From an uncultured virus (IMG/VR IMGVR_UViG_3300010051_000510) (lineage: Duplodnaviria > Heunggongvirae > Uroviricota > Caudoviricetes), in IMG/VR virus record IMGVR_UViG_3300010051_000510: DNA of 64,000 nt, one strand, 5' to 3'. The position numbers and the translations under genes were made by a program. Positions 1-9,965 of this stretch are shown piece by piece. The notes beneath the pieces are model-generated. The model had not been told where the DNA came from. It made no database searches and was given only the letters and a program-made list of their open reading frames with translations. Within the stretch, counting starts at the first letter, position 1. Each line of letters starts with the position of its first letter.

Positions 1-1218
1 TCAGGTATGCCCGTCGCGAGCAGGGTCGGCGAGCTGGTTCTCGACCATCTCCGCCTGCATCCAGTGCGCTTCGGTGCTCAGCAGCGCGTCGCGGAAGTCG
101 GAGGCGACGTACTTGCCGACGGCGCGGCGGAAGTCGCCGTAGCGGAAGCTGTCGGCGGTCCGGACCACGTAGCCTTCCGCGGGCACATCCGCGAAAGCCG
201 ACGGGAACGGGTACAGGCCGCGGATCTTCTCCTCATCCCAAGGGCCGCGGTAGATCACCGGCACGGTCGGCAGCCCAAGCAGTGCCGACCACTCTTCCAC
301 CTCGCTCCACGCCAGCGCTTCGTTGCGTTCGTCGAAGATGGCGTGCACCAGCACGAACCCGGGCAGGCGGTCGTAGGCGACGTGATGGCGGGCGGTGAGG
401 TTCTCGCAGACCAGCCTCCATCCCTCCGGGATGTCGTAGCGGATCGTCGACCACAGCTGCTTGGCGCGGTTGCGGGACGGATGATGGCCGCTGTCGATGC
501 TGCGCGCGTGCATCATGTCGCGGCTGAACGTAAGCGACTCACCGTCGAGTTTCTCGGACACGACGATCTCCTTGCCCTCGAAGAACGAGATGTCCGTGAG
601 GACTTTGTCGTCGTTGGTGGCGCCGGGGCTCCACGGCAGATGGAAGGTGCGCGCCTGCTTGTAGGATGGCACGTACAGGCCGAGCTGATCGGCGTCGCGC
701 AGCACCTTCTGCACCGGCTCCTCGAAGAACAGCTCGCCGCGATAGCGACGGCCGTCGCGCATGACCTCGTCACCCCACTTGGTCAGCTCGACGTCCTGTT
801 CGAGATGGTCGGGAAGCACCGTGTCGGAGATCCCGGCCGCTTCGCGCAGCTGGGCGGGGGAGATGAGGGTCATCTCCGCCTGCATGTGACAGGACGTGCG
901 ACCGTCGGGATGCGGCTGATCGCACACCGCCGCGCCGTTGGACAGCACGTACCCACCGGGCCGCGGATCCTCCGTCCCGAACAGGCGGCGTTCCATCAGA
1001 TGATGGGCGTCCAGGCCGACCTGGCCGGCGGGCCGCCGGCAGACCACGCAGCGGTAGCCGTCGCGGGCGAAGACGGCTGCGCGGAACTCGTCGCGGCTGA
1101 GAACCAGGTCCCGAGCCGCAGCAGCGTCGCGCAGCGCCAGGCGGGCCCGATCGCTCAGCGGTTCGGGTTGCGGCATCGCGGCAGCGCCAGCGCAGTTGGG
1201 GTCGTCGCCTTTACCCAT
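1..1218 (-). CDS. HNH domain + RNA ligase (nucleotidyltransferase) fusion, with N-terminal MGKGDDPNC peptide
   Basis: N-half VFARDGYRCVVC..DAHHLMER..NGAAVC..CH (HNH). C-half RTFHLPWSPGATNDDK, EKLDGE (motif I Lys), EGYVVR, KYV. Start moved to ATG 1218, 7 nt after TACGAT. Confidence 0.85.
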   Translation of the reverse strand: MGKGDDPNCAGAAAMPQPEPLSDRARLALRDAAAARDLVLSRDEFRAAVFARDGYRCVVCRRPAGQVGLDAHHLMERRLFGTEDPRPGGYVLSNGAAVCDQPHPDGRTSCHMQAEMTLISPAQLREAAGISDTVLPDHLEQDVELTKWGDEVMRDGRRYRGELFFEEPVQKVLRDADQLGLYVPSYKQARTFHLPWSPGATNDDKVLTDISFFEGKEIVVSEKLDGESLTFSRDMMHARSIDSGHHPSRNRAKQLWSTIRYDIPEGWRLVCENLTARHHVAYDRLPGFVLVHAIFDERNEALAWSEVEEWSALLGLPTVPVIYRGPWDEEKIRGLYPFPSAFADVPAEGYVVRTADSFRYGDFRRAVGKYVASDFRDALLSTEAHWMQAEMVENQLADPARDGHT

Positions 1219-1281
1219 CGCCTCCATCGTATCCTCGATCACCCGTGCCGGCGAGCGCGCACATACCGATAAGGTGCATGC

Positions 1282-1565
1282 ATGGCCCGCGGCGTGCGCC
1301 TTGAACGCAGACGGCTGTCCTGGAGTGTTGCCGGAACGCCCTAATCGCTGACGCGCGTCCATGGCCGCTGGACGATCGCAGTGAGCCAGCGGCGCAGCGC
1401 GGACGGTCGCTCGGAGATCCGCGGGCACCGCCGCCCCAGCCGTCCCGGCGTCCGGTGGACGGTCCATGACATGCGCGGCGCCGCTTGTGACAGGCCCCTC
1501 TCAGGATGCAACACCCGGCGCAGGCGCGGCAGGTCATCACCCGCTACGAGAACGACCGCTCCTAA
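1282..1565 (+). pseudogene. Decayed copy of dispersed paralog family A
   Basis: TAAGGT-6nt-ATG 1282. Reads MARGVRLERRRLSWSVAGTP*SLTRVHGRWTIA..SADGR with in-frame TAA at 1342-1344. Resembles the N-terminus and the DGRW block of 2267-3633, but the central part is missing. Confidence 0.5.
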
Positions 1566-1580
1566 GGACAGCTCAGAGGC

Positions 1581-2099
1581 TCAGAACTTGCTGGCGCTGA
1601 AGCGTACGGTGCTGGGATGGCAGCGCGTGACGACATGAGTGCCGTGGTTGTAGCCCCAGGTCGCCCACTTGATCGCCAGCGTGCCGTTGAGCCGGGTCGG
1701 GGAGGTGAACCGGCCGCGGACCTTCCACGCGGCGATGATCCGCAGCTTCGGATCGGGCCACGTGCTCTTACCGGACCCCGAGAAGCTGCCATCTGGGCGG
1801 ATGGTCAGCAGGCGGTCAGGTTCCATCATCCCGGCCATCGTCGCGCCGATCTGCCCCTTGGTGCACTGGCGAGGGCTGGCCCAAAAACTGATTCGCATGT
1901 TCAACGAGCCGTCCGGCTCGATGCTGAACCCGATGGTCTGCGGCTTCTCGAACTGCAACTTGCCGGAGAACATCGTGTACGGGGCGGGGATCGCAGCGGA
2001 AGCGCCGGATGGGTGCGCGGCCATCACACCGACGACGACCAGAGAAGTGACGCAGATCAGAGCCGCCGCAACGAGGCGGTGTGGAAGAGCAGAGCGCAC
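1581..2099 (-). CDS. Secreted hypothetical protein
   Basis: Hydrophobic signal-like N-terminus ending ASA-A. TACGTT-6nt-GTG. Confidence 0.7.
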   Translation of the reverse strand: MRSALPHRLVAAALICVTSLVVVGVMAAHPSGASAAIPAPYTMFSGKLQFEKPQTIGFSIEPDGSLNMRISFWASPRQCTKGQIGATMAGMMEPDRLLTIRPDGSFSGSGKSTWPDPKLRIIAAWKVRGRFTSPTRLNGTLAIKWATWGYNHGTHVVTRCHPSTVRFSASKF

Positions 2100-2266
2100 A
2101 GACTCAACGTATCAGTCCCCCTGACGGCTTTGGGCCGGCGACCCACGTACGGACCAACGTCTGACCAATGCGGCAGACCATGGTTGGTCGTGTCCGGACG
2201 CACCGGGTGAGCCTGACCGCCGTCGTCAAGGTGCTGGCACCTGTCGCGTCACGCGTATGTTCAACG

Positions 2267-2722
2267 ATGCCCGAGCTGCGTCGCGTCACCGGAGGATGGC
2301 AGATCGAAGGGACCCCGCTGATGATGACCAGCAGCTATCACGGCTGGGCGATCTGCTGTCATACGAGCGTCTTCGTCAGCCGACTGGGCGACATTGACAT
2401 GTTCAGCGCATGGTTGGAACGCAACGGCTTCGCGGACGCCCGGTTTCGCATCCGCGATGACGCTGTCCGCGCAGCCCGAGCGGCCATGGCCGTCGACCCG
2501 CTTGCAACTGACGAGCGGAGCATGCTGGTGCGCTGCGGCGCCGGGGAGTACCGCACCGAGGACGGGCGGTGGCGAGTGCGCCGGTCCGCCGCGTTCAACC
2601 GATGGGAGATCCTCACCTCGGATCCCGGTCAGCCGGATGAGAAGGCATCGGTCGCCAGGACGCTGCATGAGGCGACGCTGATCATCCCGGCGCTGCGCCG
2701 GCACCGGGCGTCCGGCTCGTAG
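2267..2722 (+). CDS. Paralog family A protein
   Basis: MPELRRVTGGWQIEGTPL..FRIRDDAVRAARAAMAVDPL..GEYRTEDGRWRVRR..TLHEA. TATGTT-5nt-ATG. Confidence 0.8.
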   Translation: MPELRRVTGGWQIEGTPLMMTSSYHGWAICCHTSVFVSRLGDIDMFSAWLERNGFADARFRIRDDAVRAARAAMAVDPLATDERSMLVRCGAGEYRTEDGRWRVRRSAAFNRWEILTSDPGQPDEKASVARTLHEATLIIPALRRHRASGS

Positions 2723-2731
2723 GTTCACTCT

Positions 2732-3187
2732 GTGGGCCGGATCCGACGTATCACTGGCGGCTGGAAGATCGACGGGTCCCCGCTGGACGTGCATCGCAGC
2801 AACGGCGGCTGGGTGATCGACGTCGACCTCAACGAGGTCTTCTGCGGAGCCGGCGACGAGACACTGACCTGGAACGAACGCAATCAGCTGCAAGGCGTGT
2901 TGTTCGACACTCGCGCGCAGGCGGTGCGCGCCGCCGAGGCCGCATTGGCCGTCGACCCGCTCGCTGGCATGCGAGCCCAGAAGCTGATCCGCATGTCCGC
3001 CGGCCGGCATCGAAGCGAGGATGGCCGCTGGCTGATGCTCCGCGAACGCTCCGGCTGGGCCGTCTACGACACCCACCAGGAACGGTCCGGCGATCGCCGC
3101 CGGGCGGTTGTCGAATCGCTGTATGAGGCGGCGACTCTGATCGCCAGCACGCGGTTCGCTTCCCCGCCGGCCGCCGCCGGATCGTAG
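2732..3187 (+). CDS. Paralog family A protein
   Basis: GGWKIDGSPL..FDTRAQAVRAAEAALAVDPL..GRHRSEDGRW..SLYEA. TAGGTT-6nt-GTG. Confidence 0.8.
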   Translation: MGRIRRITGGWKIDGSPLDVHRSNGGWVIDVDLNEVFCGAGDETLTWNERNQLQGVLFDTRAQAVRAAEAALAVDPLAGMRAQKLIRMSAGRHRSEDGRWLMLRERSGWAVYDTHQERSGDRRRAVVESLYEAATLIASTRFASPPAAAGS

Positions 3188-3195
3188 GTTCAGCG

Positions 3196-3633
3196 GTGGC
3201 GCAGCTGCACAAGACGACCGGCGAATGGAAGATGGACGGGGCGCCCCTGGGCATCTACCGCAACGGCAGAGCGTGGATCCTCGGCGCGGACCTCAGCGAG
3301 GTGATGCGAGATCTCAATCGGATCGACGAGCTGACCGACTGGCTGAAACGCAACGCGCTCTACGCCGTGGAGTTCCGCAGCCGGCGGGAGGCGCTGCGGG
3401 CCGCCCAAGCCGCCCTGTCGGTCGATCCGCTCGCTGCGATCACACCAGCGAGACTGGTCAGAGCCAGAGCCGGGGAGTACCACACCCCCGACGGCTGCTG
3501 GCTGGTGCGGCGACGCGGTAAGTGTTGGGAGATCATCGCGGTCTCCCCGCAGCCGGGGATGAGCGCGCCGTTGTCCGGGGGATACGAGACGTTGCATGAG
3601 GCGGCGTTGATGATCGCCGCCTCCGAAAGCTGA
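3196..3633 (+). CDS. Paralog family A protein
   Basis: GEWKMDGAPL..FRSRREALRAAQAALSVDPL..GEYHTPDGCWLVRR..TLHEA. TAGGTT-5nt-GTG. Confidence 0.8.
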   Translation: MAQLHKTTGEWKMDGAPLGIYRNGRAWILGADLSEVMRDLNRIDELTDWLKRNALYAVEFRSRREALRAAQAALSVDPLAAITPARLVRARAGEYHTPDGCWLVRRRGKCWEIIAVSPQPGMSAPLSGGYETLHEAALMIAASES

Positions 3634-3643
3634 CCGGCGGCGG

Positions 3644-4042
3644 TCAAGCGAGGGTGCGCGGGCGAGCCCAGTCTCGGCGCGCTCGGTCGAACGCGTCCCA
3701 GTCGACGCTGTCCCCGCCGGGGTCATCGGGCGTGGGTGTCGTGCGGTCGATGCCGCCGTCATCGTCATCGTCGGTGGGCCGGCGGGCGATCCACAATGCG
3801 CCGTTGGCGGCGATCGCCGCCGCGAGAACCAGCCAGCGCGCCGCCGGGCTGTGCGCGCACAACCCAACACCGGCGAGCACGGTCAGCGCGCCGAACAACG
3901 CGTACGCCGGCCAGGCGGGCCAGTCGTCGGGCGGAGGAGGAAACCACCAGGCGCAGATCATCGTCACGGTCCAGGCGCCCGCACCCGCGAGGATCGCCGG
4001 CAGCGCGGAAGCTGCGGTCGTCTGCGCCACAACGGCGGTCAT
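3644..4042 (-). CDS. Small membrane protein
   Basis: Three hydrophobic segments and an acidic tail (DDDDDGG..VDWDAFDRAR). TAGGTT-5nt-ATG. Confidence 0.7.
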   Translation of the reverse strand: MTAVVAQTTAASALPAILAGAGAWTVTMICAWWFPPPPDDWPAWPAYALFGALTVLAGVGLCAHSPAARWLVLAAAIAANGALWIARRPTDDDDDGGIDRTTPTPDDPGGDSVDWDAFDRARRDWARPRTLA

Positions 4043-4102
4043 GCTGGAACCTACCGCCGTCCAGCCGCGCCCTTGCGGTGAGACGCAGGTCTTCGTCTGC
4101 GG

Positions 4103-4233
4103 TCAGTCCAGGACGAACACGGGCCCGTGGGTGCGCCACCACAGGTAGGTGCCGGGCGCCATCACGTAGCGTGTTCCCGGGCGGTTTTCAGCTCCTGCTC
4201 GTAGGCGCCGTCGGTGATGATCATCACGGGCGC
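4103..4233. repeat. Imperfect direct repeat (~130 bp) of the VWA gene 3' end (4665-4796)
   Basis: Near-identical to 4665-4796, with 3 substitutions and a 1-nt deletion by eye. Confidence 0.95.
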
Positions 4234-4329
4234 CTCCAGCTGATCCGACAGGCGTCTGCCCAACTGGTGTGCGCTGATCAGCGCGTACGGTCCGCGCAAC
4301 GGCGCACAACGGACGCGCCGGTCTGTCTT

Positions 4330-4650
4330 TCAGGGCAGGTACGCGGCTCGTTTGCGAGCGACGATGTCCGCCCAGACGCCGGTTGCCAGATCATGCTCGG
4401 ACGCGGCGTACCAAGCGGCCAGAAGCTCCTGATGTGAGCATCCCGGTAGCAGACCGGCGAGGATGCGGTCCGCGGTGTGAGCTGGCAGCGGTGCTTCGCG
4501 GGAGCCGGCGACCGCGAGTTGCAGGCGGTCGCCGCCGCTGCTCCACGGACCGCGGACGCTGACGTTGACCAGCTGCAGATCACGCAGACGCCCTTTCAGA
4601 TGCCGCCGCCATTGCGGAGCGGTCTTATCGCCGTAGACCTTGAAGGACAC
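4330..4650 (-). CDS. Hypothetical protein between the repeat copies
   Basis: TACGTT-6nt-GTG at 4650, in frame with ORF 4330-4704. Confidence 0.55.
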   Translation of the reverse strand: MSFKVYGDKTAPQWRRHLKGRLRDLQLVNVSVRGPWSSGGDRLQLAVAGSREAPLPAHTADRILAGLLPGCSHQELLAAWYAASEHDLATGVWADIVARKRAAYLP

Positions 4651-4664
4651 ACCTTCAACGTACG

Positions 4665-6467
4665 TCAGTCCAGGACGAACACGGGCCCGTGGGTGCGCCA
4701 CCACGGGTAGGTGCCGGGCGCCATCACGTAGCAGTGCTCGCGGGCGGTTTTCAGCTCCTGCTCGTAGGCGCCGTCGGTGATGATCATCACGGGCGCGTCG
4801 CGGGGGAGATCGTCGAGGGTGTCCAGCAGGTCCAGACCAGGCTGCAGAGTGGTGCCGCCGCGGCCGTGCACTTCGACGCGGCCTGTGAGGGCTTCGACTT
4901 CCAGGTAGCCGCGGTCGTAGGGGCGGGCGTCGCAGTCGATGAGCCGGACCGCCTGGACGTCATGAGCGACGCCGTAGGAGACAATCGCGCCGATCGCCCG
5001 GGACAGATCGTCGGCGGCCATGCTGGCGCTGGTGTCCAGCAGCACGCTGAACACCCGGCTGGGCTTCTCCCCGGGGTTGTCGCGGCGGCCGGGACGGACG
5101 ATGTCAGGGGTGGAGGATTGGCGTCGGCTGGCCCGCGCGAACGACCGCTGCGGCACCAGCGGCGGGAACATCGCGTCGAACCATTCCGCCAGCTGGGCGT
5201 CCCACGGGACGGGGTCTGCGGCGATCATCTCGATCTCCTCGCGCATCCCGGCTGGCAGATCCCCGCGGCCGCGCTGATGATGCAGCTCCAGGCCGTTGCG
5301 CAGCGCGTGGCGGACCCAGTCCTCCACGGTGGGATCCAGACCGCCGGCGCTGTCGCCCATGTCGAGGATGTCGCCGAGCTTCCCGCGCAGGGTGATCAGC
5401 TTGCGGGCCCGGCGGACGTCGGCGGCCAGGCGCTGGTAGATCTCCTCGGCGGACAGGTCGTTGTACTCGGGCATCAGCACCATCCCGATGTCCGGGGCAT
5501 GCCCGACCCGTATCTCCAACAGCCACTGGTTGATCTTGTGATCGGTGGCGAGGTTCCAGATGAGCGGGTCGCGGCCCTGGCGACGCTGGGCGTGCAGCAT
5601 CGCCACGTGCAGGACCTCGTGGGCGATGACGAACCGCAGCTCCTCCTCGTCCAGGCCGGCGCGCGGGTTGATGTAGATGATCCGCTTTGCCGTGTTGACG
5701 GCGGCGACCGCGATGTCCAATCGCCGGCACTCCTGCTCGCTTTCGATCAGCTTGAACCCGGCGGCGAGACTGGACAGCAGCGGGAAGTTCGCCATGAACC
5801 ACGCCAGCGTCAGCCGCGCCTGGCTCCTGGGGCCCTGATCATGCCAGCCTGCGGCGGAGACCTGATCGATCGCGTCGGCGGCATGCTCGCGCATCCCCTC
5901 GGCCAGCAGCCGCTGCCAGTCAGCCTGGCTCATCTCGCGGGTGCGCAACCCGCCGAGCCGGCGTTTGCCTGTGGCGACGAGATCCCCGCCTCCCATCTCC
6001 TGATAGCGGGCGAGGGCGGGCAGGCCGCTCAGCTGCTTGTGATCGGCCATCAGAAGGCGGCGGGGCGTGTCCTGGGGGAGGTGGTAGCCGGCGGGGATCC
6101 AGCGGCGATCCTGCTCGCCCAGCAGTTGGCGCAGCATCCCTTGGATCTGCACGTCAGCGGCGAGATTCCAGGCCAGCGGGTCCGCGTCGGGCGGGATCAG
6201 ATGATGCCCGTAGCCGACATGCAGCAGGGCATGCGCCAGCACGTAGCGCCAGTCGTCGACGGAGCCGCGGCGTTTGTTGTCCAAGCGGATGTTCCCGTCA
6301 GCGCCGACCTCCGTCCAGCGGCCCGTCTGCAGCACGCCGCCGGGGACAGGCCGGACGCGATAGGCGACACGGGCGAGGATCGGGTGCTCGCGCACCTGCT
6401 CCCAGGCGATCCGCCATGGCGGAGGCGGTGGCGGCTGCGTCTTCTTGCGGGAGGCGCTCTTAGCCAA
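4665..6467 (-). CDS. VWA-like domain / putative metallopeptidase (DUF2201-like), partner of MoxR ATPase
   Basis: HEVLH (HExxH) plus a degenerate N-terminal copy HALLH. C-terminal LDTSASM MIDAS, GRGGT, ITDG. Confidence 0.85.
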   Translation of the reverse strand: MAKSASRKKTQPPPPPPWRIAWEQVREHPILARVAYRVRPVPGGVLQTGRWTEVGADGNIRLDNKRRGSVDDWRYVLAHALLHVGYGHHLIPPDADPLAWNLAADVQIQGMLRQLLGEQDRRWIPAGYHLPQDTPRRLLMADHKQLSGLPALARYQEMGGGDLVATGKRRLGGLRTREMSQADWQRLLAEGMREHAADAIDQVSAAGWHDQGPRSQARLTLAWFMANFPLLSSLAAGFKLIESEQECRRLDIAVAAVNTAKRIIYINPRAGLDEEELRFVIAHEVLHVAMLHAQRRQGRDPLIWNLATDHKINQWLLEIRVGHAPDIGMVLMPEYNDLSAEEIYQRLAADVRRARKLITLRGKLGDILDMGDSAGGLDPTVEDWVRHALRNGLELHHQRGRGDLPAGMREEIEMIAADPVPWDAQLAEWFDAMFPPLVPQRSFARASRRQSSTPDIVRPGRRDNPGEKPSRVFSVLLDTSASMAADDLSRAIGAIVSYGVAHDVQAVRLIDCDARPYDRGYLEVEALTGRVEVHGRGGTTLQPGLDLLDTLDDLPRDAPVMIITDGAYEQELKTAREHCYVMAPGTYPWWRTHGPVFVLD

Positions 6468-6482
6468 CGATCCCCGAGCGTG

Positions 6483-6923
6483 CTAGGCCGCCGCGGCGAG
6501 CGGGTCGGGGACGCCCAGCTCCGCGTACAGCTCCTGGCGGCACTCATCCATGAGCTGATGATCCTCGACGGGGATCAGCTTCATCTCGGCGAGGTACAGA
6601 TCGCGGATCCTGTCAGCCTGCTCATGCTTGCCCTGGCCGGCCAGGAACCCTTCCAGATCCATCAGGCTGCCGGCGATCTCCACGCGCTTGTTGCGAGCCG
6701 CGAACCCTTCCGGCTGGTAGCCGGCCAGCTCGCGCAGACGCGTGAGATGCGCGTAGGCGTCGATCGTGTTCTGGACGGTGTCGTTGAGCTTGATGCGATC
6801 CGCAGCCAGCAGACGCTGGGCGGTTCTGCCGGGCAGGAACCGGGCGGTCTCCACGACGGCGCTCTCGGCGGCGGGAACAGCGAAGCGCAGCGCGGCGAGG
6901 TCCTGATCGGTCAGCGAGGCCAT
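6483..6923 (-). CDS. Helical hypothetical protein, tandem paralog (family B)
   Basis: Clearly similar to 6944-7384 (LRFAVPA..RVEIAGSL..LEGFL..RQELYAELGVPDPLA). TAGGTT-6nt-ATG. Confidence 0.8.
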   Translation of the reverse strand: MASLTDQDLAALRFAVPAAESAVVETARFLPGRTAQRLLAADRIKLNDTVQNTIDAYAHLTRLRELAGYQPEGFAARNKRVEIAGSLMDLEGFLAGQGKHEQADRIRDLYLAEMKLIPVEDHQLMDECRQELYAELGVPDPLAAAA

Positions 6924-6943
6924 GACGTGAACCTATCCTGGGC

Positions 6944-7384
6944 CTAGGCGGCGGCGCCGGCCAGCGGGTCGGGGATGTTCAACTCCGCGTACAGCTCCTG
7001 GCGCGCCTCGACGAGGTAGTGGCGGCTGTCCTCGGGAACGAAGGTCAGCTCACGCTGGTAGAGGCGGCGGACCTCGCCGGCGCGGTCGGTCTCGCCGCGG
7101 GCGATGAGGAACCCTTCCAGCTCGATGAGGTTCCCGGCGATCTCGATGCGCTTGAAGTTGAACCCGTCGCTGGGGACGGGCGCGGCCAGCTCCCGCAGCG
7201 CGGTGAGGTGAGCGTATGCGTCGAGGACCTCCTGGACGACTTCGGCGGCCTGCAGCAGCTCCTGAGCGAGGAGACGCTTCCCGCGGTTCGACGGCAGGAA
7301 CTTCGTGGTCTCGGCGACGCGCTGTTCGACGGCGGGCACGGCGTAGCGCAGCGCTTCGAGCTGCATCTCGGTCAGGGATGGCAT
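6944..7384 (-). CDS. Helical hypothetical protein, tandem paralog (family B)
   Basis: LRYAVPA..RIEIAGNL..LEGFL..RQELYAELNIPDPLA. TAAGTT-6nt-ATG. Confidence 0.8.
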   Translation of the reverse strand: MPSLTEMQLEALRYAVPAVEQRVAETTKFLPSNRGKRLLAQELLQAAEVVQEVLDAYAHLTALRELAAPVPSDGFNFKRIEIAGNLIELEGFLIARGETDRAGEVRRLYQRELTFVPEDSRHYLVEARQELYAELNIPDPLAGAAA

Positions 7385-7651
7385 GACAGCAACTTATCAG
7401 CGGCGTCGCAACCAGCGGCGGCGACCGGCGCCTGGATCGGCTGGTTGAGGAGGTCGGCGGTCAGCGCGTGAAGGTCCATGGCGTAGGCGGCCTCGATCGC
7501 ACGCTCGATTCGGGCGGGGGCTCGTCCTCGGGGAGGTATTCGCGCTGGCAGGCGTCGATCAGCCGCTACCGGACGAAACTGGAGCTGTTGCGCCTCGCTG
7601 GATGCAGCGCCCGTAGCGCGGGAACCGCCGCTTCCTGGGTCTGTCCAGCGC

Positions 7652-8098
7652 TCATGCCGGACGGGAACCTGTCAGCTGGCAACGACGGGACGGGACCCGA
7701 AGCGCTGCTCGTAGAGGTTCAGCGCCTGGTTGAGCGAGCGCTGATGGCTCTCCCGTGGCGTAGTCGTGGTCTGACGGGCTGGTGATCGCGTCGACCTCGG
7801 TCGTGTGCAGCGCGAAGCAGCGAACGGTCTGATCGAGATCGCCGGCGGTCAGAAACGCGCAACCCAGACCGCTGAACTCGTCAGCGAGCTGCAGGTGCGC
7901 CCAGTACAGGTTGCGTTTCGCGCGCGGCGCCGCCTGCGCGAACTCGGCCTGCAACGTCTCGTAGTCCAGGAGCGCTTGCTCGAACCGTTCCAGGCGGCGG
8001 GCGGCGGTCGTGGCGTAGCGAGCGTCAGCCAACTGATCCAGCAGGCGCTGCTGGCGATCATGCAGATCGTCGTAGTCGATCTTCGGCTGCTTGGCCAT
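7652..8098 (-). CDS. Hypothetical protein, possible distant family B member (3' end possibly frameshifted)
   Basis: TACGTT-6nt-ATG. Helical and of similar length. An alternative frame near 7750 reads ESHQRSLNQALNLYEQRFG. Confidence 0.55.
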   Translation of the reverse strand: MAKQPKIDYDDLHDRQQRLLDQLADARYATTAARRLERFEQALLDYETLQAEFAQAAPRAKRNLYWAHLQLADEFSGLGCAFLTAGDLDQTVRCFALHTTEVDAITSPSDHDYATGEPSALAQPGAEPLRAALRVPSRRCQLTGSRPA

Positions 8099-8393
8099 GA
8101 CAGCAACGTATCAGCAATCGAGGGCCGGCTTCGCAGCAGCGGAGAACGCTTATCGCCCGCGGCTGAACAGCATGATGAAGACAGCCACGAGCACGACAAG
8201 CGCCCAATCAGCGCTCATGACCTGCTCCGGTCGGTTGCGCTGTCGGGGCGAGTGAGGACGTCCTCGACCCACTCGGGCGTCTCGCCCACCATCTCTGCGA
8301 GCGTCTCGACGCTGAGGTTCGGGCACTTCCCATGCCAGGCGCGGACAAAGCCCTCGGGGCCGCCTCGCACCGCGATCATCGTGGCTGAGGCCC

Positions 8394-8723
8394 TCACCGT
8401 CGCGGCTCCCGGTTGATGAGAGCATCCACGCCAGGCCACTCGACGCCATAACGCTCAGCGCGACGAACGCATTCCGCGCACCGGATCCGCAGATCGGACT
8501 CGTGCTCGACCGGCCGCTCATACCAGCCGATGCGCTTGCACAGCGCGCCGCCTGAGCCGACCTGCAGCGTGCCGCCGCGACCTTGCTTGGCGGTCAGTGT
8601 CACCGTCTCGGGCGCATGCAGGTGGATGGCTCCTGTCTGCCGGCCGCGCGAGCCTCCCCAGACCTGCGAGCGCGGAACGTGGTAACGCACCTGCCACTCG
8701 CCTGCGGAACGATCGGCGCTCAC
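8394..8723 (-). CDS. Hypothetical protein with Cys motifs
   Basis: GTG overlaps the upstream stop (GTGA). Contains ALCKR..RCAECVRR. Confidence 0.55.
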   Translation of the reverse strand: MSADRSAGEWQVRYHVPRSQVWGGSRGRQTGAIHLHAPETVTLTAKQGRGGTLQVGSGGALCKRIGWYERPVEHESDLRIRCAECVRRAERYGVEWPGVDALINREPRR

Positions 8724-8887
8724 CAGAGGACCGCCGCCAAGACGAACGCGGCGCAGACGAGAACCCCTGCGGCGAACGTTGCGACGATCAAGAACAGCCC
8801 GATGGCCAGGTGCAGCCACACCGGGTCGGAGTCGATCGACTCATAGGACTGCGAGCCAGACTGTCCGGTCCCCGCGATCGCGCTCAT
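8720..8887 (-). CDS. Small membrane protein (55 aa, not in ORF track)
   Basis: GCTGA-TAGGTT-6nt-ATG. MSAIAGTGQSGSQSYESIDSDPVWLHLAIGLFLIVATFAAGVLVCAAFVLAAVLW. Confidence 0.6.
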   Translation of the reverse strand: MSAIAGTGQSGSQSYESIDSDPVWLHLAIGLFLIVATFAAGVLVCAAFVLAAVLW

Positions 8888-8946
8888 GGCAGCAACCTAT
8901 CAGCGCGACCCGGGACGGTTCGCCATAACGGCGCAGGCGCGGGAGA

Positions 8947-9174
8947 TCACGTTCCGTCTCCATGCTGGGGGCTGAGCGCGGAGAGGACGCTTCGCGCCCA
9001 GCCGGTGTCCCCGCCAAGCCAGCCGGCCGCGCGCTCGACCATCTCTTCAGTGATCGTGACCGTACCCGTGGTCAGAGCATCGCACGAATGGCACTCGACC
9101 TCGGCGACGATGTTCATGGTGTCGTTGGCCACAGGGCGGGAGCCGGCCTGGCCCTTCTCGGTGATAGCTGGCAT
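8947..9174 (-). CDS. Small hypothetical protein
   Basis: GCTGA-TACCGT-6nt-ATG. CxxC. Confidence 0.5.
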   Translation of the reverse strand: MPAITEKGQAGSRPVANDTMNIVAEVECHSCDALTTGTVTITEEMVERAAGWLGGDTGWARSVLSALSPQHGDGT

Positions 9175-9965
9175 GACAGCACGGTATCAGCGGCAGATGG
9201 CCGGATGCTGAACTGTGACAGCTGCGGCTGCTTAGCCGGGCTGTTGGACGTCCGGGCGCTGGTCGCCGGTCTTTGCGCGCAGGACGGCGCGAGCAAGAGC
9301 GCGGTCCCGAGCGGTCGGTGAAGGCGGATGCCAGCCGGCGGGCGGAGCTTTCGCCTCTATGCGCTGCGAGAAGCTCTCCGCTGCCTTGATGATGTAAGCC
9401 CCGCGCAGGCGGATCTTCACGGAGCGCCCTTTCGGCTCATGACGCGCTCGCTGCGGCATCCCGTCACGCAGAGACGCCCCGGGGGGCAGCCCCTGTCCTC
9501 TTCGGCGATCGCGTTCATGGCAGAACGTTATCAGCAACGTTGCCGCTGATGCGTCGAAAACCTTCGGGCGCGAGGACCCGCGCGGCGGTCTGACGGATGC
9601 GGCGTTGGAGATCCTCGCGGGCCTCGTAACGTGCGGTCATCGTCGCGCACTCTCCGGCAGCACGCAGCGCCGCTTCGCGGGTGGTGTGACGGGACGCCTG
9701 GCCGCCGGCGGCGCGCGTCCATGCTGCGCCGAGCAGGCACGGTCGCCGATCCGCGCAAGGATCAGCCGGCGTGGCCGGCGTGGTGAGAAGCGTCCGGTGA
9801 TCCTCCAGTGCGGCCTGGTAGGCCAGATCGCGGTCAAGGATGCCTCGGGTGGTTTCGGCGGCGCTCAGCGTCGCGAGCATCCGGTCGAGCTGGTCGGCCC
9901 GGATGCGCTGCCGGCGAGTCAGCGAGGGGCGAGTTCGGTGAGCAGCGTCGTGTGGTGTCGGCGGT

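Noticed and set aside
4103..4796. Diversity-generating retroelement TR/VR pair
   Set aside because: Differences are not adenine-specific (C/G, G/A, C/T and a deletion), and there is no reverse transcriptase in the window.
4689..6947. Long + strand ORF (752 aa) and similar antisense ORFs (7-1272, 13785-15245, 37960-39036)
   Set aside because: Shadow frames of real genes in high-GC DNA, with no motifs.
9232..9518. Programmed or phase-variable frameshift at the C4/G6 run near 9477-9486
   Set aside because: A -10 box and ATG at 9518 give only a 33-aa ORF, and there is no homology evidence to join frames.
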